Notes under the pieces: model-generated
What the model was told of the DNA's origin: nothing
The model's input: only the letters and a program-made list of their open reading frames with translations
The model's database searches: none
Translations under genes and position numbers: made by a program
Virus record (IMG/VR): IMGVR_UViG_3300028844_001876
Span: 1 to 24,550 of that record
Direction: 5' to 3' (one strand)
Length of the DNA: 24,550 bases
DNA from: a virus
Taxonomy: Duplodnaviria; Caudoviricetes
Shown here: positions 1 to 7,457 of the stretch, piece by piece
Layout: each line of letters begins with the position of its first letter
Position numbering within the stretch: the first letter of the stretch is position 1

Positions 1-807
1 ATAAACATTTTTATTCCACGCATATTCAAAAAATTCTAAATCTCTTGCTTGAAACATACCAAAATTAGCATCTGTTAAATAAACATCTCTATGCCCTATT
101 TTCTTAATTGCGTCGATATCTCGTTTTACAATGTCAAGTTCTTTCTTATAGACTTTACCACCTATGCCACCACCCCATTCACAAAAAACACACTGATAAG
201 GACATCCTCGTGTAGTTTCAAAAGTCAAGAACGGCTCTAAGTTTTCTTTCATAGCATAATTGTGAGCCTTTGTCAATAGGTCAATGTGATCTTCATATAT
301 CGAATAATCTTGTTTTGCAATGTTAAAAACAGTTTGTTTATCTGATCTTAACTCCCAACTAATGTTTTCAGCTACAATACCTTCCTCAAACCACATATTA
401 ATCATATCTTCAATAAAGACTTCACCAGGCTTTGTGGGTTTACATATGTAGTCGTACATCGTTCTAGTTGCAAGAAACTCCGGTTCATTTGTACCTATAT
501 GTGGACCACCCAGAACATTTATTATATTAGAATTTTTTTCTTTAAACAGTTTTGCAACATCATCACAAATTGTATAGTTCCATGCATAGCAACTGTATAA
601 TATAATATCTGCATTGCTTATTTCATCATAGACTTGATCATAATCAGTATAAACATTCCACTCAATCGGTGGTTCTAACCATTCTACATTTTCTGAATAT
701 TTTCCAAATCTATTGTAGTGGCTTTGAAACTGAAAATATGCAATATTGTTAGCAAGTGACCAGTCAGCATGTGGTGGATTTATGAATGCAATTGTTAATT
801 TACTCAT
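1..807 (-). CDS. Cobalamin (B12)-binding radical SAM enzyme, class B methyltransferase-like; partial, continues past the left edge
   Basis: Not in the ORF track because there is no stop inside the window. Manual translation from ATG at 807 (ATGA overlap with the stop of 804..1949) is open for 269 codons: MSKLTIAFINPPHADWSLANN...ADIILYSCYAWNYTICDDVAKLFKEKNSNIINVLGGPHIG (B12-binding Rossmann-type motifs S-x-Y-x-W-N and VLGGPH)...FETTRGCPYQCVFCEWGGG (CxxxCxxC at 181-204)...VYLTDANFG. Confidence 0.9.
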   Translation of the reverse strand, partial: MSKLTIAFINPPHADWSLANNIAYFQFQSHYNRFGKYSENVEWLEPPIEWNVYTDYDQVYDEISNADIILYSCYAWNYTICDDVAKLFKEKNSNIINVLGGPHIGTNEPEFLATRTMYDYICKPTKPGEVFIEDMINMWFEEGIVAENISWELRSDKQTVFNIAKQDYSIYEDHIDLLTKAHNYAMKENLEPFLTFETTRGCPYQCVFCEWGGGIGGKVYKKELDIVKRDIDAIKKIGHRDVYLTDANFGMFQARDLEFFEYAWNKNVY

Positions 808-1949
808 AACATTTTTACTTTTTGTCTAAATCCATATGTAAGATCATCTTCACCAACTCTCAGAGGTTTAAATCCTTTTGTTTTCTTGACATAATTGAAT
901 GTCTCTTTGAACACACATTCTTCCATATCATTATGATCTCCAGGCATATCAGCTTTTACAAAGCATGTGAATGGACATTTTTCATAATATTCACATGCAA
1001 AGCAATTGTACTTTTTTAAAAAGCTTTCTACTATTTCTCCTGTTTCAAATGGTTTATCATCTGTTTTTTTATCTCGTTGATACGCTACGCCACAACAACC
1101 ACCAGGTGATGAACCATCTGGAACAATAGTTATTGAATTTCCTCTGGTGCACATCATTGCGCCAGTCTGATTGTATGGATCATGAAACGCATCCATGTTT
1201 TCACAATCAGGATAGTTATCTATCAAATATTTATTGAATGCTAATAACTCACTGTCTTTAGGAATTAATTTTGAGTCTGCTTTAATTAGTGGTGATGGCA
1301 TATAAGCATCAAAATCAACAGGAAAGTTTTTATACAAATAGTCAAAGGTGCTTTTATCATTGCTAGTTATAATTGTTTGTACATTTTGACTAGTGGTAAC
1401 AATTGAAACATTTCTAATATAATTTTTAAAAGTCTCAACATTTTCCAAGAATATGTCTAGTTGATTTGTGTTAAACCTACCTCTTGGATCATAAGATGTT
1501 GAAAGCTTTATATCATGTTTCTTACAAAAGTCCATAACCTTATCTGAATTCTTTTTGTCAAACATGAAATTTGTAAGATAATTAAAATAAATTCTTTTGT
1601 CACCAATGTTAATCTTGGATCTGACTGAATCCATAAATTCATCATATATGTCTAAAAAGCCTTTTTCAATCCAAACATCTTCAAATAATTCTCCACCTAA
1701 TAAGTGTAGTTTATAATCTTTTGACCTTGGGGAATTATTAATAAACTTAGCTACAGTATCACTTTTAGCCAGAATTTCTTCCCTACTAGCACCTACCATT
1801 GAATCGTGATCTTGTGGGCAAAATACACATTTTAAATTGCAGTGTTCAAAAAATATCACAACAATTTCACTAGAGCGTGTTATTTTTTGTTCTATCAATT
1901 TATAGATGGAAAAATCTAATGGTCCTGGATTATCTGGTGCCAATGTCAT
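804..1949 (-). CDS. Radical SAM enzyme with C-terminal SPASM-type Fe-S domain
   Basis: CNLKCVFC (CxxxCxxC), LHLLGGEL (GGE motif), and a C-terminal CTRGNSITIVPDGSSPGGCC...CFACEYYEKCPFTC...EC matching the SPASM Cx2Cx5Cx3C pattern. Confidence 0.9.
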   Translation of the reverse strand: MTLAPDNPGPLDFSIYKLIEQKITRSSEIVVIFFEHCNLKCVFCPQDHDSMVGASREEILAKSDTVAKFINNSPRSKDYKLHLLGGELFEDVWIEKGFLDIYDEFMDSVRSKINIGDKRIYFNYLTNFMFDKKNSDKVMDFCKKHDIKLSTSYDPRGRFNTNQLDIFLENVETFKNYIRNVSIVTTSQNVQTIITSNDKSTFDYLYKNFPVDFDAYMPSPLIKADSKLIPKDSELLAFNKYLIDNYPDCENMDAFHDPYNQTGAMMCTRGNSITIVPDGSSPGGCCGVAYQRDKKTDDKPFETGEIVESFLKKYNCFACEYYEKCPFTCFVKADMPGDHNDMEECVFKETFNYVKKTKGFKPLRVGEDDLTYGFRQKVKML

Positions 1950-3052
1950 ATTAATGAAAACTCTCGTATTTTTTCAGGCTCGTCAACTCTATTCAGAATA
2001 TGATTTATGAGATATTTATTTATAGTATCAGAAGTATTTGAAAATATGGCATTACTAAAAATACTATCACTTTCATTTTTTCCTACATAAGCTTCATTAG
2101 TTAAAAACTCATATAGTTCATCTTTTGTAAAACCACTTTGTATATTTTTTATATGTCTTTTTAACATATCAAAATATTCTCTTGGTTGTTTAATATTTTT
2201 TATATATTGTTCTAATATCTCTATATCTTTATTTGTTATATTTTCAAATATTAAATTATGTCCATAGGCAGAAGGTTTTAAAACATACTTAGATCCAAAA
2301 ATTCTACTACTCATAAAGAAATTTCCAATAGGACTATCATCCTCATATATGTCTTCCAAATTATCTAGTGTATAGATTTTTTTTAGTTTAGCACACTGCG
2401 AAAATTTTATTTTATTAAATTCTGTCATAAATTCTATTTTTAATTCGACAAGATATTCTTCTGATACTTTTCTCATTATCATTTGAATCATATCAGACAA
2501 TTGTTTATGCATTTTTCCCGTAGATATAAATGTCGCTAGAACATATTCAATACTAGGATGTATGTCGTGCTGTTGTTTTACGAAAGCATATTTACCTTCT
2601 TGCTCATTATTCGACATTTTAAATTTATTGTAATAATCTCTAAACTCATTTTCAAGAATTTCTAAACTAATTGCACCTGATCCTGTATACCAATCATTAG
2701 CTTGATTTGTAACATTTTTTTGAAATATAAGTGATTTGTATATTAGAAATGCAGTATCTTCATTACTGTTAGGAAGTATAAAATTAATCCATGTTGCAAA
2801 CATTTTGGCAAGACTATCATCATCTCCATATATTACAAACTTCTTTTCATTTGTATAATTTTGTAAAGCATTTAAAAAAGATTCAGAATCTATTGATGTT
2901 CCACAGTCATGTAGTTTTCCACTAAAAGCTTTTTCGTGTGCCAGTTCACTCCACATGGGAAAACCAGCTATCTTAGAATATACGCATCTATCTTTATTAG
3001 GATCTAAATTTTCATCAGTCTCTAAATATACATTCCTATACAGATGAAACAT
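1946..3052 (-). CDS. Hypothetical protein (368 aa) in the radical SAM operon
   Basis: Long ORF overlapping both neighbours (4 bp and 17 bp); very AT-rich; no motif recognised. Confidence 0.8.
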   Translation of the reverse strand: MFHLYRNVYLETDENLDPNKDRCVYSKIAGFPMWSELAHEKAFSGKLHDCGTSIDSESFLNALQNYTNEKKFVIYGDDDSLAKMFATWINFILPNSNEDTAFLIYKSLIFQKNVTNQANDWYTGSGAISLEILENEFRDYYNKFKMSNNEQEGKYAFVKQQHDIHPSIEYVLATFISTGKMHKQLSDMIQMIMRKVSEEYLVELKIEFMTEFNKIKFSQCAKLKKIYTLDNLEDIYEDDSPIGNFFMSSRIFGSKYVLKPSAYGHNLIFENITNKDIEILEQYIKNIKQPREYFDMLKRHIKNIQSGFTKDELYEFLTNEAYVGKNESDSIFSNAIFSNTSDTINKYLINHILNRVDEPEKIREFSLI

Positions 3053-3704
3053 TTTCCAACAAACCTTCTCCGACCGCCCAAGTTAATACAAACATTGGAT
3101 TTTTTTCATAGGACCAGTAGTAGAATAGATTTTTACCTGAAAACATATATTCATTAAAATACTTTGAATAGTATTTCAGTGTTGTTTTATCGATTTTATT
3201 GTAGAAGTAATAAAAATCTTCATGCTTTAAAACGCTAACAAAGTTTATTCCTTTGATATCGTCGGTCTTATCTTCGGTATGAGATTTTACAAAATCTTGT
3301 ATAGTTTCATCTTGAATAATGTACATATTATATAATGTTAATGAATCTAATCTATTAGACCACTTTTCAATTATTTCTCGATTTTCTGTAATAAACGATT
3401 GTAGTTCGTCATCAATTGAGGTTAAATTTTTATAGCCATTAAGTACATTAATTGCAAATTTTTCTAAAATATCCACAGACAGTATTTGTGTAAAATTAAG
3501 ATAAGCTTTACCAAGTTCAAACATTTCAGAGTAGTTATCTATTTGTATATCACACGGCAATTCTAGGTTGCTGAGATATACCAGCAACTTTTCACCTTTT
3601 AATTCAGACTCACAATAATCAATTAAATATCGGGTATCTTTATCTTCAAAGTATAATTTTAAATCTTCAATATCTAATGGAGCTTTCACTTTTTTCAGAT
3701 TCAT
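3036..3704 (-). CDS. Hypothetical protein (222 aa) in the radical SAM operon
   Basis: ORF with an AGGAG Shine-Dalgarno at 3719-3715, about 10 nt upstream of the ATG; acidic and aromatic-rich; no motif recognised. Confidence 0.8.
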   Translation of the reverse strand: MNLKKVKAPLDIEDLKLYFEDKDTRYLIDYCESELKGEKLLVYLSNLELPCDIQIDNYSEMFELGKAYLNFTQILSVDILEKFAINVLNGYKNLTSIDDELQSFITENREIIEKWSNRLDSLTLYNMYIIQDETIQDFVKSHTEDKTDDIKGINFVSVLKHEDFYYFYNKIDKTTLKYYSKYFNEYMFSGKNLFYYWSYEKNPMFVLTWAVGEGLLENVSSV

Positions 3705-3710
3705 AATAAG

Positions 3711-4589
3711 TTATCTCCTTCCGCGAGATCCATGGCAAGAACTATGACAAGAGTTGTGACATATAGATACACCAGTTAATCCAAGTTGAGAATTTGCCGA
3801 ACTAGCATCTGATGCAGTTGATAACCAAGCTTGATATAAACTATTCATAAGAGTTTCTAAATGAGTATCATCTATAAGTTCATCTGTTGTGAGTAGTGCA
3901 GGATTTGCAACCTCAGAACTTGAAATATTAAATCCATATTTGTGGTGTAAAATTCCATAACCTGACGCAGAAAATGATGATTGTACTCTTGCGGCTCTGC
4001 CTAACAATTGATTTAATTCTGTAGCAGCCTTTGTCTGTGCTGCTTGTGGAACACTAGAATTAAAAAGAGTAAGTACATTTGCTTTATCTGATAGTAGATC
4101 GGGAAAAGAAAATGGTTCTGTTGGTCCACTGGTGGTATTAGCTGCAACAAAAGCATTTAATATTGCAGCACTTGCCGCAGTGTCTGCAGCATTTTTTGCA
4201 TTTGTAACTGCAGTGACCCAATTGACATTATATCGTAATACTTCTCTAGCCTTCGCAATTGCTTGTGTGTTTTTTGAAAGAATAGGCGTATTACCTCCTC
4301 CACCAGTTGACGAAATTGATATACTAATATTAATGTTTCTCACTCTAGTATACCTATTTAAATCTGCTAGTAAAGTATCATATATGTCAGACGCATCAAT
4401 TATCGCATTTGTACCAGGCAAATCTGCATTATCAGTAATGCCGGTAGAAGGTCCATCAATTAAATATGAAAAATCTGCAGACGGTAAATTTCCATCATGA
4501 AATTTTATCGCATTATTAATTTTATCAGTAACAAGTACATGATACCTGCCTAATAAATTACTTTCTTTCACTGATCCAGTTATTGGCAT
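3711..4589 (-). CDS. Putative modification substrate / virion-like protein with C-terminal (CHxS)3-RGRR tail
   Basis: 292 aa, rich in Ala/Ser/Thr/Asn like the structural proteins. All three Cys lie in the last 16 residues (CHNSCHSSCHGSRGRR). AGGAG SD upstream. Lies inside the radical SAM operon. The ORF is secure; the substrate role is inference. Confidence 0.7.
   Translation of the reverse strand: MPITGSVKESNLLGRYHVLVTDKINNAIKFHDGNLPSADFSYLIDGPSTGITDNADLPGTNAIIDASDIYDTLLADLNRYTRVRNINISISISSTGGGGNTPILSKNTQAIAKAREVLRYNVNWVTAVTNAKNAADTAASAAILNAFVAANTTSGPTEPFSFPDLLSDKANVLTLFNSSVPQAAQTKAATELNQLLGRAARVQSSFSASGYGILHHKYGFNISSSEVANPALLTTDELIDDTHLETLMNSLYQAWLSTASDASSANSQLGLTGVSICHNSCHSSCHGSRGRR
3714..3761 (-). 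repeat. Period-4 peptide repeat Cys-His-x-Ser x3 followed by RGRR
   Basis: TGT CAC AAC TCT / TGT CAT AGT TCT / TGC CAT GGA TCT / CGC GGA AGG AGA. Synonymous codon differences between units suggest conservation at the protein level. Confidence 0.9.
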
Positions 4590-4598
4590 TTTTTTCTC

Positions 4599-5648
4599 CT
4601 AGACATAATGGGCTAATTCCATCATCAGACTTTTTGGTGCTCCGCATATATCTCCTTCCCATCCTAACTGATGGCAATCACCACCACAATACTTAGCAAC
4701 AGGACAAGAAAGACAATTTGGATTTCTCATTTTTTCTTCTAATATATTTCTTATTCTCTTAGGGCTATTTATAAGAGTTTTAATAGAATCATCTAAATGT
4801 CCGAATTGAAATTCTGGCGCAGAGTTGGGACATCCGCTAATTGTACCATCGCCGTTTATAGTAAATAGCTTTTCTTCACAATCTCTGCAGAATGTACCAC
4901 ACGTAGTAAGAGTTTTTTCAAACTTAGCATATACATTTTCAAGAAAATCATTTTCAAACCAGTCTCTCGCGCCATACTTTTCACTTTGTATGTGCATCTT
5001 TAAAAAGTAATCATCAAGTTCTTTATTAGATGGAAATATTTCTGATGCTTTTCTAGCACTTCCGTTATTTGTAAGACGTTCTAAAGATACCTCTTGTACA
5101 CCCAATCTGCGGCACCACCTTAACAATGTGATGGGATCTTTTTCAAGAGTGTCTTTAGTCAAACTAATAAACAAACGTATAGTAACACCTTGACTTAATA
5201 AGGTCTTGACATTTTTATGCCACAAGCTATACTGTTTATTGTTGTCGAAACGAATTTTACGATCCCAAGAAGTGCCGAGTCTACTATTTAAAGGACCTTT
5301 GATGAAATCAATGTGCTGATCTTTTAATTTAAACACAAGATTAGTTGTTGCACCCCAACTCATATTATCCCAAAGACCATCACAAGCATCATATACTTTT
5401 CTCATTTGTCCTACAGGAACAAGAAATGGCTCACCGCCATGAAACTCCATGTGTATACTATCGTGTGTTGCATCTCTTGGACGTTTTGAAGCTAAGTGTG
5501 CCTCATTTCTAAATCTATGAATCCAATCAACTAACTTATCTGTATTCCAATAAATCTTTGCGCCATTACTGCCACTTGTGAAACAGTGAGCGCAATTTAG
5601 TTGGCAAGTCTCAGTTGTCTTTAGATAAAAGAGCCAATTCATCGTCAA
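4599..5648 (-). CDS. Radical SAM/SPASM enzyme, peptide or protein maturase-like
   Basis: YLKTTETCQLNCAHC (CxxxCxxC), EFHGGEP, and a full SPASM motif CEEKLFTINGDGTISGC...CLSCPVAKYCGGDC...IC. Start is TTG 5648 or ATG 5642, with GAGG SD at 5658-5655. Confidence 0.92.
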   Translation of the reverse strand: MTMNWLFYLKTTETCQLNCAHCFTSGSNGAKIYWNTDKLVDWIHRFRNEAHLASKRPRDATHDSIHMEFHGGEPFLVPVGQMRKVYDACDGLWDNMSWGATTNLVFKLKDQHIDFIKGPLNSRLGTSWDRKIRFDNNKQYSLWHKNVKTLLSQGVTIRLFISLTKDTLEKDPITLLRWCRRLGVQEVSLERLTNNGSARKASEIFPSNKELDDYFLKMHIQSEKYGARDWFENDFLENVYAKFEKTLTTCGTFCRDCEEKLFTINGDGTISGCPNSAPEFQFGHLDDSIKTLINSPKRIRNILEEKMRNPNCLSCPVAKYCGGDCHQLGWEGDICGAPKSLMMELAHYV

Positions 5649-6117
5649 CTTTTTCCTCTATAAATTTCTCTAAACCAAAACTGAGAGTAAGTGCCTCATG
5701 TTCGTTAATAGCTTGATGTTTTGTTCCTGCAGGAATATGAAGAAACGTACCTTCTTTAATAGTAAGAACCGTATCATCAAGTGTTAGTGTTTTTGAGCCT
5801 TCGCAACAATGTATAATAACATCATCTGGATCAGTATGTTCTTTAAAAGAATACGCGCCCGGCTTTGCATAAAATAGATGACACGTTATTGGTCCTGCAT
5901 GTTCATATTGATCTTCTAGTTCTAGACAATAAGAAAAAATATCTGAATTATAGTCTTCCATTCTTTCAATTTTAATTGAATGATCTGGATACTTCATCAC
6001 TTCAGCAAAGTTTTTTACTTTCTTCTCACGACCTTTTTTGTCTATGAAATAAACCATATTTTGATCATATACAATTTTTGATTGGATAGCTTTTAGGAAT
6101 TGATCTTTAGTAAACAT
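5611..6117 (-). CDS. JmjC/cupin-fold 2-oxoglutarate Fe(II) oxygenase, YcfD/ROX-like minimal domain
   Basis: HTD...EGSK...LHIPAGTKH gives an HxD...H facial triad plus a likely 2OG-binding Lys (H99, D101, K114, H139 in track numbering). True start is probably ATG 6117, since AAGGA SD lies 6 nt upstream and ATG 6132 sits almost at the predicted transcription start. Confidence 0.8.
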   Translation of the reverse strand: MFTKDQFLKAIQSKIVYDQNMVYFIDKKGREKKVKNFAEVMKYPDHSIKIERMEDYNSDIFSYCLELEDQYEHAGPITCHLFYAKPGAYSFKEHTDPDDVIIHCCEGSKTLTLDDTVLTIKEGTFLHIPAGTKHQAINEHEALTLSFGLEKFIEEKVDDELALLSKDN

Positions 6118-6140
6118 AATTGTTCCTTTCATGATAAAGT

Positions 6141-6169
6141 ATTATATCAGATAAAATAATATTTGTCAA
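6141..6169 (-). promoter_or_regulatory. Consensus sigma70-type (early) promoter driving the modification operon
   Basis: Minus strand reads TTGACA-aatattattttatctga(17 nt)-TATAAT with an extended -10 TGn, directly upstream of the oxygenase gene. Confidence 0.85.
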
Positions 6170-6183
6170 GGGCATTTTAGGGG

Positions 6184-6211
6184 TTGACAAATTTTAAAAA
6201 CCTGTTATAAT
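6184..6211 (+). promoter_or_regulatory. Divergent consensus sigma70-type promoter pointing antisense into the fibre gene
   Basis: Plus strand reads TTGACA-aattttaaaaacctgt(16 nt)-TATAAT with an extended -10 TGn; no credible plus-strand gene follows. Confidence 0.7.
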
Positions 6212-6213
6212 AA

Positions 6214-6233
6214 GATTCTCCTTAGTGAGAGTC
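6214..6233. terminator. Weak hairpin just after the fibre gene stop; possible terminator or processing site
   Basis: GATTCTC-CTTAGT-GAGAGTC: 7-bp stem with one G-U on the plus strand, one mismatch on the minus strand where it is followed by TTATTAT. Confidence 0.25.
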
Positions 6234-6237
6234 AGAG

Positions 6238-7455
6238 TCACAATTTAAGAATACATTCAATCATTTTCTCTCCTTCAAAATCATTTGATTCAAGAGCAAT
6301 TCCTACAATATGTGCACCGTTAAATTCTACACTCGCACAACCATTATGATATGCATATACAGCTTCACCCTTACGAATAGGACCAGAAATTCTTACAGGT
6401 ACACGACCTTTAAGAGCAAGTGCTTGTCCTTGTGCTTCAGAATTCATTAGAAAAGCTGGTTTTTCTGAGATAACGCCCACTGGAATACCAGAATTAGTAC
6501 AGTTTGTAGTTTCCCCATTTGGACCATGATTTACCATCATGACTGTACCAATGGGATGTTCTTCATCAGTAGTATATTTTTCTGCAAGGTCAGCATAGTT
6601 TGCAGATGTTGCATTACCTTGAAAGGTAGTCGCATAAACATTAGCAAACTTATTGCTTGCAGTACCTATATCTAATGTGTTATTTGTTGTGGTAGTTACA
6701 TGATCATTCACTTCAACAGTACTATTAAATATTGCTGCTTTATTAGCAGTAATTGTTCCGCCAGGAGAACCTGCACTATCACCAAATAAATTGACTCCTT
6801 CAAACGTCATAGCAGATGTAATAGTTTGTGGAGTTGTTCCATTATAACTACCACCAGTGTATACTAGATCCATAGGCAATGCGCTTTTTGCAACTGCACC
6901 ATAATCACCCGAATCTGGTCCATGAACAATTTTTTCTGCAGTAATATTAGGTATGTGTGAAGCATTTATTGTGCCGCCAATAAGTTTGCTTACACTAAGA
7001 CTAGATAATTGAGCATCAGGAAAAGTGCCTGTAGTAATTTTAGAAGCATCTAAGTTGGGAAGTCTAGCAACAGCAACAGTTCCTAAAGTTATTGTTGTAG
7101 CGTCAACACTTGATATTCTTGATGCGCCGAAAGCACCTGTAGTAATTTTAGAGGCATCTAAGTTCGGTATGTCTGTAGGTAAAAGTGCCGCGCGTGTTAG
7201 TGTTATAACACCAGTTATATTATTATATCCTAATGATACATAACTTCCTGCTCCAGCATTTGCACCTGAAATCAATGTTCTAGCAGTTGCTGCCGTAACA
7301 ACTTTGGCTTCTATTGAATTTAAAGAGCCTACGATAGTACCGCTATCATCAGTATTCAAATCATCTAAGTCACCTAAATAACTAGAAATGAGATTTGTTT
7401 TCTGCCTCCAAGCTTCTATAGAATTTCCGAGGTCAACTTTCTGTATTCTTGCCAT
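6238..7455 (-). CDS. Tail fibre / baseplate-attached fibre with C-terminal intramolecular-chaperone (Peptidase_G2-like) domain
   Basis: N-terminal SIEAWRQKTN segment typical of T4-like baseplate-attached proteins; 18-aa LDASKITTG-type repeats; C-terminal YADLAEKY...GVISEKPAFLMN...ALKGRVPVRISGPIRKGE...VGIALES. Confidence 0.75.
   Translation of the reverse strand: MARIQKVDLGNSIEAWRQKTNLISSYLGDLDDLNTDDSGTIVGSLNSIEAKVVTAATARTLISGANAGAGSYVSLGYNNITGVITLTRAALLPTDIPNLDASKITTGAFGASRISSVDATTITLGTVAVARLPNLDASKITTGTFPDAQLSSLSVSKLIGGTINASHIPNITAEKIVHGPDSGDYGAVAKSALPMDLVYTGGSYNGTTPQTITSAMTFEGVNLFGDSAGSPGGTITANKAAIFNSTVEVNDHVTTTTNNTLDIGTASNKFANVYATTFQGNATSANYADLAEKYTTDEEHPIGTVMMVNHGPNGETTNCTNSGIPVGVISEKPAFLMNSEAQGQALALKGRVPVRISGPIRKGEAVYAYHNGCASVEFNGAHIVGIALESNDFEGEKMIECILKL
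6919..7170 (-). repeat. Five 18-aa fibre repeats
   Basis: IPNLDASKITTGAFGASR / ISSVDATTITLGTVAVAR / LPNLDASKITTGTFPDAQ / LSSLSVSKLIGGTINASH / IPNITAEKIVHG. Units 1 and 3 share a 29-nt near-identical DNA block (7136-7164 and 7028-7056, 108 bp apart). Confidence 0.85.
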
Positions 7456-7457
7456 TT

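Noticed and set aside
1-5648. Reading the radical SAM genes as DNA-modification (QueE/7-deazaguanine), NrdG or anaerobic sulfatase-maturase genes
   Set aside because: No queC/queD/folE/dpdA, nrdD or sulfatase gene is in the window, QueE and NrdG lack a SPASM domain, and a Cys/His-repeat protein sits inside the operon. Not fully excluded, because the operon continues off-window.
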